Source of the DNA: Edaphobacter aggregans
GTDB taxonomy: Bacteria > Acidobacteriota > Terriglobia > Terriglobales > Acidobacteriaceae
Assembly (NCBI RefSeq): GCF_003945235.1
Contig: NZ_RSDW01000001.1
Location: forward strand, 4,230,001-4,262,000
Direction: 5' to 3'
DNA length: 32,000 nt
Numbering within the stretch: the first letter of the stretch is position 1; each line of letters begins with the position of its first letter. The notes below the pieces were generated by a model. That model had not been told where the DNA came from and did no database searches. It was given only the letters and a program-made list of their open reading frames with translations. Both the position numbers and the translations under genes were made by a program. Shown here piece after piece: positions 1 through 8,548 of the stretch.

Positions 1-1419
1 CAAACCCTCGAGAGCAGCGAAGACGATAATCCTCTGCAGGATTTAACCCTGGTGCAGCTCACCATTCCTTCCAGCAACATCGGCGTATGGACCCAGTTGC
101 AACCGCTGGACGACGGAACCGGCGACTACCCCCCAACAATGAACGATCCAACCGTGGCCGGGCGCTTGCTCGCCTGGATTCGCATTCGGCTTACTCCGAA
201 TGCGGACGGAAGCGTTCCTTCTACCGTGACTGCCAATTTCAGCTGGGTGGGTATCAACGCCACTCGGGTCACGCAGCAGATACAGGTTGTTGCCGAGCCG
301 TTGAGCGCCGGAACCGGCGAACCCGATCAGACCGGTCAGCTGTCCAACACGCCGGTCATCACCTCGTCCGTACAATTGGCGGTCAACGGTGTGCTCTGGA
401 CCCAGATTGACGATCTTCTGGCAGCTCCTCCTGAAGTCCCAGTCCGCGATCCATCGTTGCCACCAGGAGTAACCATGCCCGCTTCTAAGTATCCCAGTCC
501 TCAGGTCTTCACTGTCGACGGTGAGTCGGGCCAGATCCAGTTCGGAGACGGTTTGCATGGTGCGCGTCCGGCCGCAGGAACCTCAATGGTAGCCAGTTAC
601 GCCTACGGGGGTGGAGCGGTGGGCAACGTAGGCATCGCAGCGATCCAGAGCAGCCCCCAGCTTCCGGCAGGATTCACGGTCGAGAATCCTCTACCCACGT
701 GGGGCGGAGACGACGGTGAAACGCTAAGCGAAGCAGAGCAAAACATCCCAGACTATCTGCAGAACGGTGGGCGCGCGGTATCCAGTTCGGATTTTAGCAA
801 CATCGTCAACCAGACCCCGGGCGTGGCTCTGGGGCGGGTGGAGATCCTGCCCTTGTTCAACCCTGATCAAGTGGATGTCTCAGCGCCGGGATCGGTCACC
901 GTGATGGTGATCCCCAAAGGCCCGGGCGCTCCTGAGCCCGACCTTATGTTTCTGGACGCGGTCTGCAACTATCTGGAACCGCGCCGCCTGGTCACCACGG
1001 AGGTTTACGTACGCGGCCCGGCTTATGTTGGCTTCTACGTTTCGATCGGCGTCGATGTTATCGCAGGACAGGACATCGCCACCGTGACCCAGGCCGTCCG
1101 AACAGCGGTCCGGCAATATCTATCTCCGCTTTGCGGTGGTCCCTCGAAAAACGGCTGGCCACTATCGAAGACGGTAGATCCGACCGGCCTGATGGTGCAG
1201 GCGTTGCTCGTTGCCGGTGTCAGTGATGTCAATCAGGTTCTTCTTTGGGACGAAACCATGTCCTCGATTCCCAAGTTGTCGATCTCCGGTTTGCAACTTC
1301 CTGATTTGCTGCAAATCACCGTAAGCTCCGGGACTGCGCCGGATTTGTCCGCAGCAGTAACAACAACGACCGCAGCCCCACCGACCTTCGTCATTCCGGC
1401 CCCGCAGACAACGTGTTAG
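1..1419 (+). CDS. Baseplate J-like protein (eCIS Afp11 / phage gpJ-gp6 family), C-terminal part; 5' end lies outside the window
   Basis: Frame 1 is open from nt 1, with no stop before the track's GTG at 52, so the gene is cut by the window edge. The segment YAYGGGAVGNVG...NPLPTWGGDDGETLSEAEQNIPDYLQNGGRAVSSSDFSNIV...PGV fits the Baseplate_J core as I recall it (GGG-x-GNV; NP-x-P-x-GG-x-D-x-E; RAV-x-x-x-D-F/Y). A gpI-like baseplate gene follows 9 nt downstream. Confidence 0.85.
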   Translation, partial: QTLESSEDDNPLQDLTLVQLTIPSSNIGVWTQLQPLDDGTGDYPPTMNDPTVAGRLLAWIRIRLTPNADGSVPSTVTANFSWVGINATRVTQQIQVVAEPLSAGTGEPDQTGQLSNTPVITSSVQLAVNGVLWTQIDDLLAAPPEVPVRDPSLPPGVTMPASKYPSPQVFTVDGESGQIQFGDGLHGARPAAGTSMVASYAYGGGAVGNVGIAAIQSSPQLPAGFTVENPLPTWGGDDGETLSEAEQNIPDYLQNGGRAVSSSDFSNIVNQTPGVALGRVEILPLFNPDQVDVSAPGSVTVMVIPKGPGAPEPDLMFLDAVCNYLEPRRLVTTEVYVRGPAYVGFYVSIGVDVIAGQDIATVTQAVRTAVRQYLSPLCGGPSKNGWPLSKTVDPTGLMVQALLVAGVSDVNQVLLWDETMSSIPKLSISGLQLPDLLQITVSSGTAPDLSAAVTTTTAAPPTFVIPAPQTTC

Positions 1420-1428
1420 GGAGAGACA

Positions 1429-4347
1429 ATGGACGTTAATCAAACTCGATTCCAACTGGTATACGGTCAGACGGATTGGCTTCCGGTGGCGAGTGGCAGT
1501 TCACCGTCCGCTGAGCCGTTGTTTGATTGGAATGCCGGTGACGCCACTCTTAGCTTGCATCAGGACCTCTTCATTTTTCCTAGGCTCAGTGGACAAGTTG
1601 CTTTGGATGTTGCGAATCGCAGGGGATCCGGACGGGATCGCTATGGGAACTGGTACTGGATTGCGGAGAGTCAAACCGAACTGCGCTTTCTAAGCATGAA
1701 ACCTTCAAGCAGCGCGCAACACTTCTGGTCGAGCAGCGATGAAGTGCGCAGCTGTGTGTCAACTGGCGAGTTTGTCAGTACCGCAAGCCCACAGCCTCCC
1801 TTAGCGTTGGTTTTCTCCGGACTGGCTCCTACTTCCGACCATTATCTGGTGGTTGGTGTGATGAAGCCGAAGGGGCTGCTGGTTTTCGATTTGTACTCCG
1901 GTGGGCCGCCGGCTCATCTGCTATGGCCGGCAAGCGTGCCCTTTGAACCTTTTGACATGGCGCCTGCCGCCGACGGAGGCGTGTTTATCCTGGACCGCGC
2001 CAACCGGTTTTATTGGAAGCTGGATCGCAACTTACAGGTGCAGAGTTTTCAGCAGGCCAGTGCAGCAAGCGTTCCGCCGTCTGCATTTCAACCTGTTGGA
2101 GCAACGTCATCCGGGGAGCAGTGCTCAGTCTCGAGCCAGGTCACGTTGGATTTTGCCGCTTCACTCGCGGTACTCAGTGATCCAGTCGCGATTGAATGCC
2201 TTTCGGATGGAAGTATTCTCATTCTGGATAACCCGCCGGGCGCGGCCTACTCCGTAGTTCATCGATTTCAGGCCGGTGTGGAGACTGGACCGCCAGTGGT
2301 CCTCGCGCAGGTGCTTGCCGCATATGTGCCGGATTCTCCCAGTTCCGGCAATCCGGACCCGCAAGCAGTACGCGGATACGACTTTGCCTTTGTCGCGAAT
2401 TCCTCCCTGCAGAACTTAGTCGGGACGCTCTACATCGTCCAGATCTACGGAGACCAGTCGTTCGCCTTTGCAGTGGCCATTCAGGAAAACAATTGCTCGC
2501 TTACTGCTCAGCCGCGTTATTTCCCTATGCGTCGATTTGAAGGCATGGGACTGGTCTCGGCTGGCGGTTGCGTCTATTACGATTTTCAGGAGTTGTGGTT
2601 TCCGCTGGTGGAACAGCCACGCGCTCAATACCAGCTACAAGCTCAGCTGTTGCTTCCTCAACCCAATGTGGCTACCTCGCCGGCAAGTCCGCCGAGTGCA
2701 TTTGATGGCAAGCGGCCAGGCTGTGTTTGGCATCGGCTTTTTCTTGACGCCTGCATCCCGCCCGGAGCTGTCGTGCTCGTCGAGAGCCGAGCCGCGGATG
2801 CTCAGTCGTTGCTGCCCTCCACACCGTGGCGATCCGAGCCCCCGCCCTACTTGCGCGATAACGGTTGTGAAATTCCCTATGTCACGCCGCAGCTTCAGTG
2901 GGTACCGGGTCGAACCGGAACCTGGGAACTCCTCTTTCAAAGTGCGGTCGGACGCTATTTGCAACTGCGTCTGACCCTAAGCGGCAACGGGCGCAATACT
3001 CCACGTCTGCAGGCCCTGCGCGCCTACTATCCCCGTTTTTCTTATCTCCGCCAATACCTTCCGGCGGTATACCAGGATGACCCCGTCTCGGCTTCCTTTC
3101 TGGATCGATACCTGGCCAATGTTGAGGGGCTTTACACCGTGTTGGAAGGCAAGATCGAGCAGGTGCAGCAGCTCTTCGATCCCCGCATCATTCCCGCCGA
3201 ATATCTCGATTGGTTGGGGTCCTGGATGTCCATTCTCTTAGATCCCACATGGAATGAGCAGACCAGGCGACTGGTGCTCAACCACGCCCCACAAATGTTC
3301 AGGGAACGGGGCACGCCCAATGGCATCATCCGCGCAATCGAGCTCATGCTCGACTCCTGTCCGGACGAAAGCTTGTTTGACGAGACGGATTCGGGTGCTA
3401 GCCCCTGTTCCGGCTCGGGTTCCCCGGCTGCTGATGTATTTTCCGTCCGGCTGGTGGAGAACTTTCTCACCCGATCTTCGCCTCAGCTCAACTCCGGCGA
3501 TGCCGCCGCCGCACAGACGCCCGGAGTAATCGCCTCGGGATCTGTCTCCGGAGCAGGCTCTGCGTGGACGCCGGCGCATGGTGCCGCGCCTTTGAACGCG
3601 CTCTTTCGCTGTTACCTGCAGAGCGAGTATGCAACCGTTGCGGATCTTAATGTAGCTTGGGGGACAAGCTATTCGGGGTTTGACGATCCTAACCTGGTAC
3701 TGCTTCCGGTGCAGCCTGCCGGCACGGCCCAGGCAACCGACTGGAAGCGATTTCTTCGTGATGGGCTGGGCTTCACCTATGCTGTCGTGACCAGCGCCGA
3801 TCAGGGCACGTATCAATCGTTTCTTTCCGAGACTTACAGCACAATTGGCGACTTGAACACAGCTTGGAATTTGACGGGCGCGAATCTGTATTCCAGCTTT
3901 GCCTCGGTTTTTCTCCCTACGTCCATGCCCTCCAGCGGCGCCATGCTCTTGGATTGGATCAGGTTTGTTTCGGTAACCCTTCCTATCCAGCAAAGCGCGC
4001 ACCGCTTCACCGTGCTGGTTCCGGTTAACCTCACCGACACTTCTACCACGCAGCAGACGAAGTTGGCCGTGGCGCAACGAGTAGCCAACACCGAAAAGCC
4101 GGCGCACACCTCATTCGACGTCAGGCTGTATTGGGCGATGTTCTGCGTCGGCGCAGCGAGACTTGGACAGGACACCCTGCTCGGCCCCGGAAGCCGATTT
4201 GCCGCTTTGGTTCTGGGCAGCGGATCGCTCGCGGCCGGCAACCTGACTGCGAGCGACCCCATCCACGCCCGGGACAGAAAGAGTCTGGGAGAACGATCCC
4301 TTATCCAGAGTTGCTGCGAGCTCAAGCCTGAGGGGAGGTGCGTATGA
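1429..4347 (+). CDS. Large baseplate protein with P2 gpI-like tail protein domain (eCIS Afp12-like)
   Basis: ATG at 1429 follows GGGAGAG, 9 nt after the upstream stop. The central segment LRAYYPRFSYLRQYLPAVYQDDPVSASFLDRYLANVEGLYTVLEGKIEQVQQLFDPRIIPAEYLDWLGSWMSILLDPTWNEQTRRLVLNHAPQMFRERGTPNGI matches the Tail_P2_I signature (DP-x-x-x-P-x-x-x-L-x-WL-x-x-W...W-x-E...R-x-RGT). Its size (972 aa) and its position after the J-like gene match Afp12-type proteins. Confidence 0.85.
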   Translation: MDVNQTRFQLVYGQTDWLPVASGSSPSAEPLFDWNAGDATLSLHQDLFIFPRLSGQVALDVANRRGSGRDRYGNWYWIAESQTELRFLSMKPSSSAQHFWSSSDEVRSCVSTGEFVSTASPQPPLALVFSGLAPTSDHYLVVGVMKPKGLLVFDLYSGGPPAHLLWPASVPFEPFDMAPAADGGVFILDRANRFYWKLDRNLQVQSFQQASAASVPPSAFQPVGATSSGEQCSVSSQVTLDFAASLAVLSDPVAIECLSDGSILILDNPPGAAYSVVHRFQAGVETGPPVVLAQVLAAYVPDSPSSGNPDPQAVRGYDFAFVANSSLQNLVGTLYIVQIYGDQSFAFAVAIQENNCSLTAQPRYFPMRRFEGMGLVSAGGCVYYDFQELWFPLVEQPRAQYQLQAQLLLPQPNVATSPASPPSAFDGKRPGCVWHRLFLDACIPPGAVVLVESRAADAQSLLPSTPWRSEPPPYLRDNGCEIPYVTPQLQWVPGRTGTWELLFQSAVGRYLQLRLTLSGNGRNTPRLQALRAYYPRFSYLRQYLPAVYQDDPVSASFLDRYLANVEGLYTVLEGKIEQVQQLFDPRIIPAEYLDWLGSWMSILLDPTWNEQTRRLVLNHAPQMFRERGTPNGIIRAIELMLDSCPDESLFDETDSGASPCSGSGSPAADVFSVRLVENFLTRSSPQLNSGDAAAAQTPGVIASGSVSGAGSAWTPAHGAAPLNALFRCYLQSEYATVADLNVAWGTSYSGFDDPNLVLLPVQPAGTAQATDWKRFLRDGLGFTYAVVTSADQGTYQSFLSETYSTIGDLNTAWNLTGANLYSSFASVFLPTSMPSSGAMLLDWIRFVSVTLPIQQSAHRFTVLVPVNLTDTSTTQQTKLAVAQRVANTEKPAHTSFDVRLYWAMFCVGAARLGQDTLLGPGSRFAALVLGSGSLAAGNLTASDPIHARDRKSLGERSLIQSCCELKPEGRCV

Positions 4348-5717
4348 ATACATTTCAAACCGGCGCGCCCTGCATGCAGAAGTTAGATCCGCAAAAGCGG
4401 GTGAACTACACCTTCGGCATGGTGCTCGGGGTCGACGAATTCAAGCAGGAACAGATCTATCTGATGGCCAAGGACCACTCGCAATACCGCCTGGCGCACG
4501 GCTACGGCACGGTCTGCGGTCTTCAACTCCAGATGAGCACAGCTCCTGACCTCGAAATTCAGGTGTCCAAGGGGGTTGCGATCAACCCGCGGGGGCAGGA
4601 AATTCACTTGCAGCAGCAAATGTGCGCACGATTGAACGACTGGCTCATTACCAACCAAACGACCCTCGAAGGCATTTTCGGCAATGCTCCTCTGTCGTTA
4701 TCGCTGTGCGTCGTACTCTGTTATCGCGAGTGCCCAACGGACACGGTTCCTGTGCCCGGTGAGCCGTGCCGCACGCAGCAGGATACGATGGCGGCCTCGA
4801 ACATCGCCGACTCCTTTCAACTCAAACTCTGCTTGAACGCCGACCAGGTTATTTCATCGCCGACGCTGTCTCCGCCCATCGACACAGCCGTGCTGAATGG
4901 GTTGTGCTTTAAGCCGTCACAGATTGAAGAAGACACCATCCGGCGATTTGGCAGGCTGCTTCATCGCGTTCGCATCGGTGACACACCCAGTTCAGTTTCC
5001 GAAGCCGAACTTGAGGATCTGGTTCGCCAGCTTGGGAGCGACAGCGAAACAATCACGTCGCCCATCACTTCGCCCTCCTTCGATGATTCCCTGATCTATT
5101 TGTCCACACACGATGCGCCTGGCTTTCTGCGGGCGGCATTCCTGGTTTGGGTTACGGAGGTGCGCCCAAGCCTGGCGGCCCAACCGGGAGAGTGTGGCTG
5201 TGGTTGTCTGGACGAGAAGTGTGTGCTGCTCGCCGAGTTGACTTTTCAAGTAAGCAAGGTATGGCAGGTTGTGGGAGCAGTAACGGTGGATGAATCGAGA
5301 AGACCCTATCTTCTCGAAACGCGCTTGCTCCAGGAATGGCTGTTGAACCAAGTAGGCGGTAGCGTTGGCGGCGCGGACGCGGCGAGCAGCAGCGTTGTGG
5401 CGGCGGGAGCGTTTCGACTCATTTCCCCTATTGAGGCGGTCGGGATGGGACCGGTTCTCAACGGCCTGACTGCCACCCCTGGGCCGGCCTCCAATACTTT
5501 TTACCTGGATTGGAGCGGACCGTCAGCCTATGTCGATCCGACTTTGGGTTCACCCGCTTCTTTCGCCTATGTGGTTAAGGGCACGGCGATGGGACCGATT
5601 GGGGCCACCGTGGGTATTCAGGTACTTGGTTTTGCCCCCGAGGGCATTGAAGTCGCAGTGAAGGGTGCAAATCCGACTGGGTTCATGGTAGAGATCAGCG
5701 AGATAACTGGAGGCTAG
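4344..5717 (+). CDS. Hypothetical eCIS-associated protein in the fibre/baseplate-periphery position; N-terminal module shared with the next gene
   Basis: ATG at 4344 overlaps the upstream TGA (ATGA) and sits 6 nt after GGAGG (4333-4337). The track start at 4338 is a GTG two codons upstream. The N-terminus VNYTFGMVLGVDEFKQEQIY...GYGTVCGLQLQ...IQVSKGVAINPRGQEI parallels ORF 5797-7185. I recognise no catalytic motif. Confidence 0.75.
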   Translation: MNTFQTGAPCMQKLDPQKRVNYTFGMVLGVDEFKQEQIYLMAKDHSQYRLAHGYGTVCGLQLQMSTAPDLEIQVSKGVAINPRGQEIHLQQQMCARLNDWLITNQTTLEGIFGNAPLSLSLCVVLCYRECPTDTVPVPGEPCRTQQDTMAASNIADSFQLKLCLNADQVISSPTLSPPIDTAVLNGLCFKPSQIEEDTIRRFGRLLHRVRIGDTPSSVSEAELEDLVRQLGSDSETITSPITSPSFDDSLIYLSTHDAPGFLRAAFLVWVTEVRPSLAAQPGECGCGCLDEKCVLLAELTFQVSKVWQVVGAVTVDESRRPYLLETRLLQEWLLNQVGGSVGGADAASSSVVAAGAFRLISPIEAVGMGPVLNGLTATPGPASNTFYLDWSGPSAYVDPTLGSPASFAYVVKGTAMGPIGATVGIQVLGFAPEGIEVAVKGANPTGFMVEISEITGG

Positions 5718-5796
5718 GTGCTGAGTTGTTAACTCATAGACAAGTCCTTCGTCCCGACGGAGTCTTTGGAACGATGCAGGAATGGAGTTGCGGTGT

Positions 5797-7185
5797 ATGG
5801 CAAACGTTCAGCTGAACACTCCCGTGTTAATCGACGGGATACTGAACACGAATTTCTTCAACGGCCGCGTCCTGGCCGCGGAAGATCTGACTGCGCTGCA
5901 GACGGCCAATGCCCAGCAGCGTCGGCAGTTGGGTCGTAGCATCGGCGACGGTGTGGCATCCGGTCTGGAGGTCACGCTCGGAACTGATCCGACCGTGACC
6001 GTCCTGCACGTTACCGCAGGATTGGGGCTTAACCGCATGGGCGACGCCGTGGCTTTGAGCACCGATGTCGACCTAGCCATCACCACAACCCTGCAAGTGC
6101 AGAACGCCACCAATGGCCTGTTCGCGGCATGCCAGCCGCCACAAGGCATGATCGCCACGAATCTCGACTGCTACATTCTGACGATCAGTCCTGCATCGGG
6201 TCTGCAAGGTTCGGCGCCGATGACGAGCGCCTTGAGTTGTGGTTTCGCATCGGCCTGCGCCAGCGCCAATGTGGCGGAAGGCGTGCAGTTTGGGCTCCTG
6301 CCATTGGGCGTTCCGAACACCAGCAACACGACGCCACTGCGCAGCCAGGCGCTGCAACTGTATGCCACGCTCGCTCCTCAATTCATCACGCTGGCCGGAC
6401 TGACGGGGACTGCCGCCAGCAACCTCGAGGCACAGCTTGCGCCGTCCCTCTCAAAGTTTCGCAATGCTTTAGCCCATCTGTGTTTTGGCACCGATGTACT
6501 GGCGGGATTTCCCGCCAATCCGTTCGCGGCAACCAACGGCGTCTCGCAGTTCGAGGAGTACGGTTTGCTCGACGCACTCCGTGACCAAGGCTACCTGACG
6601 GATTGCGCCGTGCCTCTCGCGCTTGTTTATTGGACCGCCGCCGGCGTGCAGTTTGTGGATATGTGGTCGGTCCGCCGGCCAGTGTTCCCCACCGCAGCGT
6701 CGGAACTGTGGTCCATTTTCAGTGGCCGTCGCCGCATCGCGGAGGGCTTGGCGATGTTCTTGCAATTTCAGGAGCAGATTGCGTGGTTAGGCATCCAGAT
6801 GGGTGGCCTTGGAAGCGTCAACGCACAATCATGGTTTACGCAATTGCCGCCACTCGGTGCGATTCCAATCGGCGCCGAAACTGGGGGCAGCGGTGCCGGA
6901 GCTATTGGGTTTTTGGGGAACATGACTTATCGCGGTCCGGAGTTCATCGAGGGCGCGAGCCTTCAGGCCCTGATGCGAAGCTCCTTTGCCTATCCGCCGA
7001 TCGACCCTGCCACGGGAGAATTCATCTGGGTCTACACCGTGCGCGAGAACATTCAGGCGTTGGACAACAATTTGACCACGCCGCTCCAGGCTTACATAGT
7101 TTTCTCTAACGGCCACATGCCCTACAAGGCCGACGCACGGTTTGATGGCTCGCGATGGGATTACAGCAACTATGCCCTGGGGTAG
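5797..7185 (+). CDS. Hypothetical eCIS-associated protein, N-terminal paralog of the preceding gene
   Basis: The long ORF has two candidate starts, ATG 5782 and ATG 5797. I prefer 5797 because GGAG (5784-5787) lies 9 nt upstream. The N-terminus NFFNGRVLAAEDLTALQ...GDGVASGLEVTLG...LHVTAGLGLNRMGDAV has the same F-x-G-x-x-L...D/E-L/F...Q...G-x-G-v-x-x-GL-x-v...V-x-x-G-x-a/g-i/l-N-x-x-G pattern as ORF 4344-5717. Confidence 0.75.
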   Translation: MANVQLNTPVLIDGILNTNFFNGRVLAAEDLTALQTANAQQRRQLGRSIGDGVASGLEVTLGTDPTVTVLHVTAGLGLNRMGDAVALSTDVDLAITTTLQVQNATNGLFAACQPPQGMIATNLDCYILTISPASGLQGSAPMTSALSCGFASACASANVAEGVQFGLLPLGVPNTSNTTPLRSQALQLYATLAPQFITLAGLTGTAASNLEAQLAPSLSKFRNALAHLCFGTDVLAGFPANPFAATNGVSQFEEYGLLDALRDQGYLTDCAVPLALVYWTAAGVQFVDMWSVRRPVFPTAASELWSIFSGRRRIAEGLAMFLQFQEQIAWLGIQMGGLGSVNAQSWFTQLPPLGAIPIGAETGGSGAGAIGFLGNMTYRGPEFIEGASLQALMRSSFAYPPIDPATGEFIWVYTVRENIQALDNNLTTPLQAYIVFSNGHMPYKADARFDGSRWDYSNYALG

Positions 7186-7266
7186 CGGCGGTCAATATGC
7201 GACCGTCAACGTCACGGCAACAACGTAGTTTGGGAACGAGCTTGGAGATCTAGATCGGAGGATCCA

Positions 7267-8505
7267 ATGACGATCACGATTCAACCACCGAAACCCGGGG
7301 ACCTGATTCGCAGCGAGTACATGAAGGAACTGATTGATCAACTCGTTACGCTCGACGGCCGAGTTAGCGCGCTGGAAGGCGTGACGCCCGGAGCGAACGG
7401 TCAACTTTCGATCACGCGCATCGTGCCAACCGAGGTCGTGATTGGAGATCCGATCCAGATTATCGGCGTCAATTTCGGCCTGCCGGCTCAGAACATCGTA
7501 ACGTTCGATGGGGGCAATTCGGTGATCCCCTCGAGTGGGAACGATAAGCTGCTAAATGTAATTGTGCCGACGATCGACCTCGGCGGGGCAACCCAGAAGT
7601 CCGTCTCCGTGGGTGTCAGCGGTGGCGCGCGCGGATTCGACTCTGCGCCGTTAACGGTCCAGGCGATCCAAGCGACGATTCCCGCAGGGACCATCACCGT
7701 AACTCCCGGGCAAATTCCTGCCAACATCCAGCCGGGGAGTACCGTGATCTTTCCATTCACCATCCAGGCACAGACGAATCTGAGCGAGAGCTACAACCTC
7801 GTGACCGGCCTGCCGACGGTCGCGGCAGGTCAGACAGCCTGGACCGCAATTGTGACCAGTGATGCCGCAGGCAACAATGTGATCACGCAATTGACAATCC
7901 CGGCGCCTGTCGCCAGTCAGTCGTCAACAGCGCAAGTATTCGTCAAGGTGACGATTCCAGCGGGCACGGGGGTGGCGAACCCGTTCGTCACCCTGAGTGT
8001 CAACTCGGTGCACAACCCGCCGCCCAACCCGGGCTCTCCGAGCGGCAGCTTTTCAGCCACCTTCACTTTCGGTGGATCAACGCAGCCGCCGCAAACCGTC
8101 GGTTTCGCGATCAGCACCTTCACCGGTTCCGGCGTCGCTGGAGATCTCACCGGCGTGTCGATCCCTTTGCCCACGCCGACGCAGCCGCCGATCGACGGCA
8201 TAAGTTACATCTTCCAAAACCTTAATGCGGTTCAATACACGATGTCGTTGGCATGGCTCGATCCATCGAACGCGAATCACGGCTGGACCGCATCGTTCGG
8301 CGGTGCTCCGGGTATCACGGCGAACTGGCCAGTGTTGAGCCAGACGATCACCATGAGCACAGCAGGAAGCTCCAGTCCGGTAAAGGTCGCCATCGTCGCT
8401 CCGGCCGGTTCGACACAAAACACGCTCATCATCACCGTGCGCGCTGCCGGAGCCAATTCGAGCACCGATTACGGAATCCTTAATCAAGTCATCAAGCCCG
8501 CGTAG
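7267..8505 (+). CDS. Putative tail-fibre/receptor-binding protein: N-terminal coiled-coil, then a TIG/IPT-like Ig-fold domain and further beta-sandwich-like, Thr/Ser/Pro-rich regions
   Basis: GGAGG (7257-7261) lies 5 nt before the ATG. The N-terminal heptad-like stretch is LIRSEYMKELIDQLVTLDGRVSALEG. It is followed by ITRIVPTEVVIGDPIQIIGVNFGLPAQNIVTFDG...NVIVP, which is typical of IPT/TIG domains. The remainder is rich in T/S/G/P/V, as in Ig-like repeats. Confidence 0.7.
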   Translation: MTITIQPPKPGDLIRSEYMKELIDQLVTLDGRVSALEGVTPGANGQLSITRIVPTEVVIGDPIQIIGVNFGLPAQNIVTFDGGNSVIPSSGNDKLLNVIVPTIDLGGATQKSVSVGVSGGARGFDSAPLTVQAIQATIPAGTITVTPGQIPANIQPGSTVIFPFTIQAQTNLSESYNLVTGLPTVAAGQTAWTAIVTSDAAGNNVITQLTIPAPVASQSSTAQVFVKVTIPAGTGVANPFVTLSVNSVHNPPPNPGSPSGSFSATFTFGGSTQPPQTVGFAISTFTGSGVAGDLTGVSIPLPTPTQPPIDGISYIFQNLNAVQYTMSLAWLDPSNANHGWTASFGGAPGITANWPVLSQTITMSTAGSSSPVKVAIVAPAGSTQNTLIITVRAAGANSSTDYGILNQVIKPA

Positions 8506-8548
8506 CGGCGACAACGTATTCAGATAAATCTCGTCAATGGAGGCACAC

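Noticed and set aside
3238-4107. Long antisense ORFs inside the large + strand genes: 3238-4107 (289 aa), 8077-8871 (264 aa), 9581-10651 (356 aa), 11366-12079 (237 aa), 12808-13353, 13499-14077 and 43-558.
   Set aside because: Each lies entirely within a + strand gene that carries recognisable domains. Their translations are Arg/Gly/Pro-rich with no motifs, as expected for shadow ORFs in GC-rich DNA. None has a plausible RBS.
7215-7227. A shared motif occurs downstream of two consecutive fibre-position genes. Both stop codons are followed by TAGCGGCG, and CGGC[A/G]ACAACGTA appears at 7215-7227 and 8506-8518.
   Set aside because: Only about 13 nt match, with one mismatch. This could be chance in GC-rich DNA, and there is no accompanying hairpin or promoter-like context.
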